From the IMG/VR virus record IMGVR_UViG_3300038520_001826: a stretch of DNA of 20,000 bases; one strand, 5' to 3'. Positions 7,144-15,692 of the stretch are shown here, piece by piece (positions within the stretch are counted from its first letter, which is position 1; the number at the start of each line of letters is the position of its first letter). The position numbers and the translations under genes are program-made. Below the pieces are notes generated by a model that saw only the letters and a list, made by a program, of their open reading frames with translations, had not been told where the DNA came from and ran no database searches. Source of the stretch: an uncultured virus (IMG/VR IMGVR_UViG_3300038520_001826) (Duplodnaviria > Heunggongvirae > Uroviricota > Caudoviricetes).

Positions 7144-8799
7144 TTATTCCATCTCCTTTGCTTTAAATGCGGCTAAACGAATTGCTTCTCTTGCACTTGC
7201 AGTAATACTAGCGGCTAAATCTACATCAGCCCAACCAAATCCTTGAAAGGCTACAATGCCATAAAATGATGCCATTAATCTTTTTACTGCCATTTGGTTG
7301 TTATACCACTTGACATATTCATTTTTATCATCATTCTCTCTTGCTTCTTTCATAAGACCCTTGTATTTGTTTCTTAAATCTTTCAATTCAAGAACTGCGC
7401 TAGGTAAAAGACCTAGATTATCTGTCTTATAATACAACATTTGTTCTCTATCAGTAATACTGAAATCTCTAGGTGTTAAAATATTTACTCCAAATTCTGT
7501 TGGTTCTTCTGATTTAGTTTCCCATGAAATATTTCTTGCAATCATCATTGAAGGATATAGTCCTGCAAAATCAAAAGCAGCAACATTAAGATGCAATCCA
7601 TTTGTTTCTTCACTTAACGGGTCATAAATCATAGCACCATCGTATTCTTGACGTTTCTCTACCTTTTCACCTGTTGGTGCAATCCATGTAGCATGACGCA
7701 TAAAATAGATTGAACCCATATGACTTGCGTAAAAGCAAGCACTAAATGGCGCAATTAGAAGTCTTTGTAATGCTACGATTGCTTCACTACAATAATTCAA
7801 TTCATCAATTTCAACCATCAATTCAACATCTATCTGAGCATACTTAAGATATGTTTCAGTATCATTTAACCAACCTTCTCGATAGAATACATTCGGGTCT
7901 GGGAACTTTTCACTAACAAGTTTCTTTCTTCCCAATACTGATTCAGAAATGTAATCTAAAGACATTGACGGTAATGTTCCCCTTTGAGAGTCATTCCATT
8001 GTCTTTCAAAAGCAAGGTCTAAATTGAGGGTTATGCGACCCCCAATGGGCTGTTCGATAGGGCCGAACCCATTGTTACCATATTTGAAAATAAAGCCGTT
8101 CGTAGTCTTCTTAACGCCCTTAATCTCCAAAACTGGAGACATGATTGTGGGGTTTAATTCCAAAGCACACGCTCGCTCAAGGAGTTTTGGCAAATCGAAT
8201 TTTAGACCAAACCATGCAATTAACATATCAGGGTCTTTATCGACCATTGTGTGCATAAAGTTTTCAATCATATCCTTTTCACTATCAAACGTAAATGTAG
8301 ATGTAGTGTCATAAACTAAATCACGTTGCAATTCTTTTGGAAACCAAACCCATTGGAAGTATTTCTCATCATAATTATCATAAACCACAATAGTAGTAAT
8401 TTTATCATGGTGTTCACCGCCCTGTTGCCATTCCATATCCCAATACCATTTACGCATCTTATATTCAGGTAAAGAACCTAAAGTATCAACTGCATATCTA
8501 AAAGCATATGGAACATCTGCTTCAAAGGTTTTTACAAAAGAACGTCGAGCAATATGAATATCATCAGACTTATCCACATAAACTCTAGTCAATTTTTCAC
8601 CTTGAAGATTGTGCCAATTGCCCTCTTCATAAGTAAATTCTCTCTTAATGAATTTAGAAGGCGCATAATACTTAGGTTGATTATCAGAAGATAGGATATA
8701 GAAATAAGGAGTAAATTCAACAATTTTTTGTCTTTTCTCTCTACCCTCTCTCCATGATGTATAGATGTGCTTTCCTGTATCTGTTTTACTTATTATCAT
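7144..8799 (-). CDS. polB: Family B DNA polymerase, N-terminal subunit (N-term, exonuclease, motif A, fingers/motif B)
   Basis: FEADVP, ExoI DME, ExoII WFGLKFD, ExoIII YAQID, motif A DFAGLYPS, motif B QMAVKRLMASFYG, then AASITASAR. Confidence 0.92.
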   Translation of the reverse strand: MIISKTDTGKHIYTSWREGREKRQKIVEFTPYFYILSSDNQPKYYAPSKFIKREFTYEEGNWHNLQGEKLTRVYVDKSDDIHIARRSFVKTFEADVPYAFRYAVDTLGSLPEYKMRKWYWDMEWQQGGEHHDKITTIVVYDNYDEKYFQWVWFPKELQRDLVYDTTSTFTFDSEKDMIENFMHTMVDKDPDMLIAWFGLKFDLPKLLERACALELNPTIMSPVLEIKGVKKTTNGFIFKYGNNGFGPIEQPIGGRITLNLDLAFERQWNDSQRGTLPSMSLDYISESVLGRKKLVSEKFPDPNVFYREGWLNDTETYLKYAQIDVELMVEIDELNYCSEAIVALQRLLIAPFSACFYASHMGSIYFMRHATWIAPTGEKVEKRQEYDGAMIYDPLSEETNGLHLNVAAFDFAGLYPSMMIARNISWETKSEEPTEFGVNILTPRDFSITDREQMLYYKTDNLGLLPSAVLELKDLRNKYKGLMKEARENDDKNEYVKWYNNQMAVKRLMASFYGIVAFQGFGWADVDLAASITASAREAIRLAAFKAKEME

Positions 8800-8800
8800 T

Positions 8801-9568
8801 TTAATTACCTGCCGAAAACGGTGCTTTAATTATCATCCTGTCTTCTGCAACTAACAATAGCGGAAACTCATCCTTCACATAAAAATTAATATTCGTATTT
8901 TTCTTGAAAAACTTATGTAATGGGCCACTATATTCTAATGTTGCAGATTCACCAAAACAATTTGTTGGTGTAATTCTTTCTTCGTATTGATTCTGAATAG
9001 TAGCACCGCTTGAAAATGTAACGGTAGTACCATTGTAGTCTAGTTTAAATGCGCCATGATTTGCCAATTCACAAGATGAAATACAATCAGAATAAACATC
9101 TTGACTTAAGATAAAAGCACCTTCATACTTTGATTTACCAAAATCTGGTAAAGTTGTAATTTCTTCTTCATAGGTAATGTTAGATAACATACCTTGAAGT
9201 CGAGTAATTGCAGTCATATTAGGATGTTGAATTACTTTTGCTACACTAGCCTTCTTTGTTCCAGAACTAACTTGAATTGTATCATCTACAACAAAAGCAG
9301 TTAGTTCTCCGTATTTCTTAAGATACGGGACAAGAGTCTTAACATTACCAATAAACTCGCCATCTTCTGCACCTATCACTTCTAAATTGATATTCATAGC
9401 AAAGGTAGTATCTCCATTCCAAATGGATAGAGTATTACCTCTTAACTGCATTAAGAAATGTAGTCCCATCGAGTTATTTGTAAAACCCGATGAAGTTAGG
9501 TATTTACCTTTACCTTGAATACTTTCTAATGCTTCTGTAATTTGTTTTGTATTTACTGCAAATTTCAA
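8801..9568 (-). CDS. pcn: PCNA-like DNA sliding clamp
   Basis: 255 aa, with the clamp-like alternating helix/strand pattern and C-terminal FPLLL...MIIKAP. Directly upstream of polB, in a cluster with RFC. Confidence 0.7.
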   Translation of the reverse strand: MKFAVNTKQITEALESIQGKGKYLTSSGFTNNSMGLHFLMQLRGNTLSIWNGDTTFAMNINLEVIGAEDGEFIGNVKTLVPYLKKYGELTAFVVDDTIQVSSGTKKASVAKVIQHPNMTAITRLQGMLSNITYEEEITTLPDFGKSKYEGAFILSQDVYSDCISSCELANHGAFKLDYNGTTVTFSSGATIQNQYEERITPTNCFGESATLEYSGPLHKFFKKNTNINFYVKDEFPLLLVAEDRMIIKAPFSAGN

Positions 9569-10374
9569 ATCTTACCCTCCTGCAAATCAGGAATGCCGTT
9601 CCAAACGATATTAGGTGGAATACCTTCTCGAATAGTCCAACGTGTTCCGACCTTGTTACCATTGGTTCTTGAACCAATCAATTCAGCAACAAAGTGTATT
9701 TCACCTTTTACTTTTCTCTTAGAACAATGAATCTCTTGTTCTAGTTTTCCGCCCCAATCCTTCCATGCAGGTTGAATACCCGTAGCAACATTATCTACAT
9801 ACTTTTCAGTTTCGTGAGTAATATAAATTACATCACACTTTAGATTAAAAATTGCTTCAAGCAAATAATAGAAAGTTTTGTTTCTTGGGCCATATTGATA
9901 TGGCATCATTTTTGTTACAACAGTAGGATTTGGATTAACCTTGTAAATACATTTTTCAAACCATGTATCTACTCCATCCATCACAAAGATAGGCTTTTCA
10001 CCTTCTTCAATCTTCTGTCGAACATAACGAATAAAATCATGAGAGTTTTTCTCAGATGCATTAATATCAATTTTGTTCTCATTATCTTGAACAATTGGGT
10101 CAAACACTTCAATACGTTCTGTTGCGTCATGGCATTCAATCCATGTAGATTCAACACCACTATCCCAATCTAAAACGTAAATCTTACGTTCAGGGAAATC
10201 GAGAGCAATACCAGTTTTACCTGTTTTTGGTTCTCCCCAAATTCCTAAGACCATTCGACTTTTACGTTCTTGCCTTTTCTTTTCCATCAATTGTCTAAAG
10301 CGAGAATTGAAATCTTCTTGCTGTTTTCCAAAGTTGGTCGTCTTTTGTTCTCCTTTCTTATCTGTTATTCCCAT
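9565..10374 (-). CDS. RecA-superfamily ATPase (AAA_24 / Sak4 / RadA-like recombination protein)
   Basis: Walker A GEPKTGKT, VLDWDSG, Walker B FVMDGVD and YITHE. GGTGAT SD before MGITDK. Confidence 0.8.
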   Translation of the reverse strand: MGITDKKGEQKTTNFGKQQEDFNSRFRQLMEKKRQERKSRMVLGIWGEPKTGKTGIALDFPERKIYVLDWDSGVESTWIECHDATERIEVFDPIVQDNENKIDINASEKNSHDFIRYVRQKIEEGEKPIFVMDGVDTWFEKCIYKVNPNPTVVTKMMPYQYGPRNKTFYYLLEAIFNLKCDVIYITHETEKYVDNVATGIQPAWKDWGGKLEQEIHCSKRKVKGEIHFVAELIGSRTNGNKVGTRWTIREGIPPNIVWNGIPDLQEGKI

Positions 10375-10627
10375 AACTATCACCTAATTCATTTATATCT
10401 ATATCTAATTCTTTACCATGCATTTTAGTCCATGCCATTAAGATAGTTGCTAATTCTAATTTATCGCAAATATATCTTGCTTCTTTGGTTGAAAAGTGCA
10501 TCTTCAACCAATAAGTTCCATTCTCTTTTTCGTTCTTTCTCCATGTTAAGAAATCTACATTGGCTAAATCGACAATGTAGGCATCTCCTTTCAAAAGAAA
10601 CCTTTCTTCTTTTAAGTCCGTCGTCAT
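10358..10627 (-). CDS. Hypothetical protein
   Basis: 89-aa ORF with GGAGA SD, co-oriented with the operon. Confidence 0.65.
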   Translation of the reverse strand: MTTDLKEERFLLKGDAYIVDLANVDFLTWRKNEKENGTYWLKMHFSTKEARYICDKLELATILMAWTKMHGKELDIDINELGDSYGNNR

Positions 10628-10802
10628 AATTAAATCTCCGTATAGGGCTTTGCACCCATTTGAACGTCAATTACTTCCCTAAGTTCACGTTTATACTTAG
10701 TAACAAACCATTTCCACAATGAATTCTGTAATGTCGCCAACACATCATACCCCGTAACGAAGCAATACGACATTTCTAGGGGGAAAATAGTCGGAAATCT
10801 AC

Positions 10803-12023
10803 TCAAAACCAGTCGAAGTTTTCTTCGACGATTTCCTCCACTTCAACAGGTGAACCTGTTCTTTGGACAACATATAGTCCAGAAACATTGATTGTTACTG
10901 GGTCGGCTTCTCCATCCACCATTCTTTGTGAAGTTCTTCCGATAACAATTACAGAAGAACCTACTCCAAAGTCAATTGTTAAATGACTTGGAATCCAACA
11001 AGTAGTCATGTTGGAATCATTATCATAATCAAACTCAACAGTCATATCAGTTAGATTGATAATTCGATTACCATTCGCAGTTGGAGTCATATTCATATTA
11101 CAAACTGTTCCATCTGTAATTACAAATCTTTCCTTTGCAGGTAATGTTTGTCGCTGAATGTGCGCTCTATCAATTTCAACCAAAGGAACAAGATGGTTTG
11201 AAAAGTTATCAACCAAACATTGTTCAAAGTCAAAAGATGAAACATCTTGATAGTTCTCACTTTCAGGATTTACGTCTGAATGTTTCACTAAACTGTTCAA
11301 TGTAGTTTGTGTCATACCATAAATGGCTGAACCATCATCACTTGGAATACAAGCGAAATGAATCCATTCAAAGCAGTTTGGTGCAAAATCAACGGCAGGT
11401 TGATTCTTATACGAAAAAGTATAAGTTTTCATTTCTCCACCATCGACAGAACCAAAGAATACACCTGTTCGTCTAAACTGCTCTAATGGAAGAGGTTTTC
11501 CATAGTTGCGATTTTCTGCACCAGACATATATGTTGGTTGATTATCAAGCGGAATAACTGTTGTTCCGTTTTCTAATTCTTCTGCACCTTCGGGAAGATT
11601 TGAAACAATCTTCTCTTGATACTCATTCTTGTAATAACGTGAAATAACCCACTTACCTAAAGCATTTTGAGTTGCTACTGCAACATGACCATCTTCAAGT
11701 GCTTTATCAGCATCACGAAGATATTCTTCTTTTGCTCGGTTTCTATTCCAACTCATCATATCTCTAGGTGCTTCTAAAGCAACAAAGAAACCAAATGCAG
11801 CCTTTACAAGACTTCCACCTGTATTTCCACCATTAGAGGTATTTACTTTCTGTTGTCGTCGAAATTGTGCAACAAAGTTTCGCCAAAGTGCTTTAGCCAA
11901 ATCTGCTGTTGTTTCCACGTTATTCTCAACACAAATAGAATTGAATTTTTCTGTTGCTTCTTCAACAGTCATTCCAACAATTTGTGCGCCTTTTTCAATT
12001 TCTTTTTTCGTTTCGTCGTTCAT
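10803..12023 (-). CDS. RPA-like single-stranded DNA-binding protein (OB folds)
   Basis: C-terminal OB-like strand pattern (VITDGTV...IINLTD...TCW...SVIVIGRT) and acidic/aromatic tail EEIVEENFDWF. Replication context. Confidence 0.65.
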   Translation of the reverse strand: MNDETKKEIEKGAQIVGMTVEEATEKFNSICVENNVETTADLAKALWRNFVAQFRRQQKVNTSNGGNTGGSLVKAAFGFFVALEAPRDMMSWNRNRAKEEYLRDADKALEDGHVAVATQNALGKWVISRYYKNEYQEKIVSNLPEGAEELENGTTVIPLDNQPTYMSGAENRNYGKPLPLEQFRRTGVFFGSVDGGEMKTYTFSYKNQPAVDFAPNCFEWIHFACIPSDDGSAIYGMTQTTLNSLVKHSDVNPESENYQDVSSFDFEQCLVDNFSNHLVPLVEIDRAHIQRQTLPAKERFVITDGTVCNMNMTPTANGNRIINLTDMTVEFDYDNDSNMTTCWIPSHLTIDFGVGSSVIVIGRTSQRMVDGEADPVTINVSGLYVVQRTGSPVEVEEIVEENFDWF

Positions 12024-12048
12024 ATTTTTCACTTCCTTATTTTTTGTT

Positions 12049-12960
12049 TCAGATTAACTGACCTACAAGCCATGAAATCAATACTCTTGGTGTCATGGTT
12101 GTGGAACGGTATTCGCTTTCTCCTATTGTTCTTAAAAACTTAAATTTAACATTTGAGTCTATTCCTTCTGATTGAATAATACTATCATGCATACCCATAC
12201 AAATCTCACGAACAGACCTACCCATGTAAATCATATCGTGAAGGGTTGCTAAGACATTTGTATCTTTATTCATTATCAAATTAATTATTTTAACATATTC
12301 TTCTAAATTCATCTCACTTTGTTTTTTGAGTGTGATATTTGACGATTTTGCCGCTTGAATCTCGGTAATCGCTCTACGAATATCACCATTCATTGAATAT
12401 ATAAAGGGTAACAAGTCCTCATCCGAAAAACGATTAATGTTTTCGTTGGCTAAGATTCCCTTGATTACTTCTAAAATGACCTCATTAGAAAGAGGTTTGA
12501 AATGATAGTTTGCACATCGGCTTTGAAGAGGAAAGATAATTCTGTTTCTATCATTACAAGTAATGATAAACCGAATATTAGAAGCATATCGCTCCATGAT
12601 TCTCTTCAATGCATTCTGAGCATCGTTTGTCATTCCATCCATCTCATCTAATAAACAAATTCTAAATGGCACATCACCAATAGTTCCGCTTTGTGCAATT
12701 TGTTTAATTAGTGTTCTGACTGTTTCTAGTTTCCTATCATCTGATGCATTAACTTCAAAGAAGTTATCAGATGTATTATTACCCAATATTGTCTTTGCTA
12801 ATGCTAAAGCAGCACCAGTCTTACCTGTTCCTGCTCTACCATAAAATAACAAATTAGGTATATTTTTTTCTTCAATCCACGTTTCTGCATCCATAACAAA
12901 GTGTTCTTGTCCTACAATATCACTTAGTTTAGATGGTCTGTATTTTTCTGTCCATAACAT
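12049..12960 (-). CDS. rfcS: Replication factor C small subunit
   Basis: LWTEKYRP, GRAGTGKT, EVNASD, LDEMD, QSRC and GDIRRAI. Confidence 0.95.
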   Translation of the reverse strand: MLWTEKYRPSKLSDIVGQEHFVMDAETWIEEKNIPNLLFYGRAGTGKTGAALALAKTILGNNTSDNFFEVNASDDRKLETVRTLIKQIAQSGTIGDVPFRICLLDEMDGMTNDAQNALKRIMERYASNIRFIITCNDRNRIIFPLQSRCANYHFKPLSNEVILEVIKGILANENINRFSDEDLLPFIYSMNGDIRRAITEIQAAKSSNITLKKQSEMNLEEYVKIINLIMNKDTNVLATLHDMIYMGRSVREICMGMHDSIIQSEGIDSNVKFKFLRTIGESEYRSTTMTPRVLISWLVGQLI

Positions 12961-12962
12961 AT

Positions 12963-13505
12963 TTATTTCTCCTTATTTTTATGATAGCGTTCTCTTTGTT
13001 TTTTACGAAGGTTATCTTTATTTTTTTCATAATACTCTTTACTTTTAATAAGTAATGCTTCTTTATTTTTCCGATAATATTCCTTTTGCCTTTTATTGTG
13101 CTTATCTCTATTCTTATCTTTGTTTTTATGATAATGCTCCCTTTGTCTTTTTCTAATCTTATCCCTATTCTTTTCACGGTATCTCATACCTCGTATTTTA
13201 TCTTGTTCTTTATATTCTTCTGTGTTACGGTATTGCTTAATTCTTTCTTTAGCGATATCCATGTTATAATAACAAGCAACGACGATAAAGGACTCAATTA
13301 AATCTGCGTCGAGTAGAGTCACCAAGATATTAAATTGTTCTTCGGTCATTTCTTCCCAAATAAGCATTTGCATAAAGTTGTGGGGTATATTGAATTCCTT
13401 TTCCATTCTTCTGCGATGCCATTCTCTTACCTTTCCCAATGGCTGACCAAATCCGAATATTAGCATATTATTAAATTTTAATGACGTAAATCCTACTTTT
13501 CCCAT
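12963..13505 (-). CDS. Hypothetical protein with basic (Y..KNK/R) repeats
   Basis: C-terminal repeats YREKNRDKIRKRQRE / YHKNKDKNRDK / YYRKNKEALL / YYEKNKDNLRKKQRE. Start MGKVG follows the upstream stop. Confidence 0.65.
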   Translation of the reverse strand: MGKVGFTSLKFNNMLIFGFGQPLGKVREWHRRRMEKEFNIPHNFMQMLIWEEMTEEQFNILVTLLDADLIESFIVVACYYNMDIAKERIKQYRNTEEYKEQDKIRGMRYREKNRDKIRKRQREHYHKNKDKNRDKHNKRQKEYYRKNKEALLIKSKEYYEKNKDNLRKKQRERYHKNKEK

Positions 13506-13506
13506 T

Positions 13507-14373
13507 TTATTCACCATTGAAATAATCATTTAAATTCTTTATCTCCAATTTAATAGGAGCGTTTCTTTTCTTTCTAGGTTTTTCTAAGCCTAGCATCCTA
13601 CAATCGGTATTATTCAACCGCTTCATAGTATGTTTCTTAAACTCATCATCTTTCAATAATTGTTTAAGTATTCGTGTATCGGAATTTTTAATTCCTAGTT
13701 TTCTAGCCAAATAAGGAATCTTAGAATAGGTTCCTCTTTTTGGCATATTAATTCTGCCAAAGGTTTTACCTTGATGGGCATAGGCCAACATCTCATAAAA
13801 GTATCTTTGACTCCATCTTCTCTTAACTACACCATCAACAAAGATTAATTTATTGGGATGCATATTTTCTGCAAGCCATGTTAATATCTGCGTATCTGAT
13901 GGTTTGTTGTAGATAAGTAATTTACAAACTAAATCTCTATCAGTCTGTTTAAGATATTCCATTACCAAAGAGTATGTATCTCTCTCAAAAGTAAATGGTT
14001 CTTCGCTTCTAGGAGCAAGTTCTTTAATTGACTCAGATAAGTATTTCTTAGAACCTGCCCTTTTAATTTGACAAAGAGACTTGATTTCTTTAGGAACACT
14101 TTTTTCATTAATAGAAGTCAATACTACTTGACCTTTGTAGTTTCTAATGACATATAGAATGTCATCTTTTCTAGGCTTATAGTGAACGTCTTCAATAATG
14201 ATACCACTATCAATATCAATAGCAAAAATATCTTTGACTTCTATTTCATTCGCATAGAATATCAAAGGTTCCTTTACAAAGGTCAAAGCCTTTGTTGATT
14301 TTCCTGTTCCTGTTTTTCCTGTTATTAATATTGGTCTATTATTATTCATATTAGTTAATCCCATTAACTTCAC
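13507..14373 (-). CDS. Divergent, short RFC large-subunit-like AAA+ protein
   Basis: PILITGKTGTGKST, YANE, Walker B-like IIIEDVH, WLAEN and C-terminal PIP-like KNLNDYF. Near rfcS. Confidence 0.65.
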   Translation of the reverse strand: MKLMGLTNMNNNRPILITGKTGTGKSTKALTFVKEPLIFYANEIEVKDIFAIDIDSGIIIEDVHYKPRKDDILYVIRNYKGQVVLTSINEKSVPKEIKSLCQIKRAGSKKYLSESIKELAPRSEEPFTFERDTYSLVMEYLKQTDRDLVCKLLIYNKPSDTQILTWLAENMHPNKLIFVDGVVKRRWSQRYFYEMLAYAHQGKTFGRINMPKRGTYSKIPYLARKLGIKNSDTRILKQLLKDDEFKKHTMKRLNNTDCRMLGLEKPRKKRNAPIKLEIKNLNDYFNGE

Positions 14374-14921
14374 CCTTTATTAACGTGTGGACCTGTAACA
14401 TATTTAAATGCTGCTTTTCTGCAAAAATCACAGCAATATTTTGTTTCTTGCTTTTTATGCTGTTTGTATTCAGCACCACAAAAATCACAAGTAGTAGTCT
14501 TTAAATCTAATATAAACTGCTTCCTCGCTGCTTCGTTAAAGGCAAGAATTTGTGCTTCAGTTAAAATTCCTTGTTTTGTTCTTTTTATCGCCATACTTCT
14601 CGACCTTTGGCATTTACGGGAGCAGTATTTTTTATTGTATGTTGTTTTTTCGTAATCCTTACCACAGGCAAAACAAATCGCTTTTTCCATTTTCCTCTCC
14701 AGTCTTTTGATTCTTCGCCTTTCTTTTCTAACCTCTTCTTGTTTTGCCCTATTACAAGATTCAGAACAAAACTTGTGATTGCTTCTTTTACTACTAAATG
14801 TAGTAGAACAATATTCACATTTCTTTTCAGGAAACCAAATTTTCATTAAGCCGTTTAAAATCTCAGGTTTATCCTTAAATATTTCTTTCATCTGTTCTCT
14901 AGTTAAATAATTTTTACTCAT
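14370..14921 (-). CDS. Protein with three CxxC...(F/Y)CxxxC zinc-finger repeats
   Basis: CEYC..FCSESC, CFAC..YCSRKC and CDFC..YCCDFC. Confidence 0.75.
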   Translation of the reverse strand: MSKNYLTREQMKEIFKDKPEILNGLMKIWFPEKKCEYCSTTFSSKRSNHKFCSESCNRAKQEEVRKERRRIKRLERKMEKAICFACGKDYEKTTYNKKYCSRKCQRSRSMAIKRTKQGILTEAQILAFNEAARKQFILDLKTTTCDFCGAEYKQHKKQETKYCCDFCRKAAFKYVTGPHVNKG

Positions 14922-15319
14922 TATATTACCCCTTTTAATTCAAACAATTGTTCCATTCCCTCTAATGTGAGGTGTTGTTTATTTGCAACAATATCAATTG
15001 CTTTTCTTACTTCAGACCATTCTCCTCTTAAGTCTGGTAAAGCATCTGGAATGATTTCAGATAACTTATACAGATTTAAGATGCCACCAATTTTAAGAAT
15101 TGGTCTTGGTCTTGTTTTGTGTTCTTCTTCTTTGAATGTACTTTCTATTTCATATTGTAATAGCGTTCTTTCTATTGCTAATAGAAAGTCCCTATTACCT
15201 CGAATGTTTAGTCTTAGACGGACTCTATATCCAATCTTAGATTTATCGCATCTACTTAAATGCAAATCGAACTTTGAACAACTTAGAATGATTCCTATTA
15301 ACATATCTTTAGAAAACAT
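14921..15319 (-). CDS. Single-motif LAGLIDADG-fold protein, probably catalytically inactive
   Basis: LIGIILSCSKFDL...KSKIGYRVRLRLNI and KQHLTLEGMEQL match LAGLIDADG endonuclease patterns. The catalytic D/E is absent. Confidence 0.7.
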   Translation of the reverse strand: MFSKDMLIGIILSCSKFDLHLSRCDKSKIGYRVRLRLNIRGNRDFLLAIERTLLQYEIESTFKEEEHKTRPRPILKIGGILNLYKLSEIIPDALPDLRGEWSEVRKAIDIVANKQHLTLEGMEQLFELKGVI

Positions 15320-15320
15320 T

Positions 15321-15692
15321 TTATCGCCTACTTTTTTGAATAGTTTTGATATCTATGAAATCATAATTGATGCTCATTTCATACAAGCCCATTTCTAAAA
15401 CTTGCCTTAATAATTCCATCTGTTCAATAGCAATAACACCTATAACAAAATGTAGCATAAAGTTATATTGCATATCTTCTTGTTGTAAATCATACGGTAA
15501 ATCTTCTTCTACTTCATATGTAAATCCCATAGCCTGTTCATCTAACAATATTACATCATTTACAGTTAAGGCTAATTGCATGGCAATTCTAAAAGCAGTT
15601 CCTATCTCTTGGCTGATTAAAGTATCAGTATTAAAAATAAATTCAGTAGCCTCTTGATTTTCTTCAAGAAAGACTTCTAAATCATTCATCAT
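15321..15692 (-). CDS. Acidic hypothetical protein
   Basis: 123-aa ORF rich in D/E, co-oriented with the operon. Confidence 0.65.
   Translation of the reverse strand: MMNDLEVFLEENQEATEFIFNTDTLISQEIGTAFRIAMQLALTVNDVILLDEQAMGFTYEVEEDLPYDLQQEDMQYNFMLHFVIGVIAIEQMELLRQVLEMGLYEMSINYDFIDIKTIQKSRR

Noticed and set aside
5552..8799. polB as a pseudogene
   Set aside because: Both halves are long intact ORFs that retain the essential catalytic residues, and the C-terminal half has its own SD and a PIP box.
10461..10670. Alternative-frame minus ORF (69 aa)
   Set aside because: It overlaps 10358-10627, which has the better SD and operon fit.
10636..10692. Pistol ribozyme or tRNA resemblance (TTAGGG...AAAT...AGCCCTA; T-loop-like hairpin)
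   Set aside because: The pistol P2/P3 partners and GU cleavage site could not be placed, and no cloverleaf forms.
12929..13177. Alternative-frame minus ORF (82 aa)
   Set aside because: It is a by-product of the low-complexity A-rich repeat region of the overlapping gene.
14585..14818. Alternative-frame minus ORF (77 aa)
   Set aside because: It is nested in the zinc-finger gene, with no independent support.
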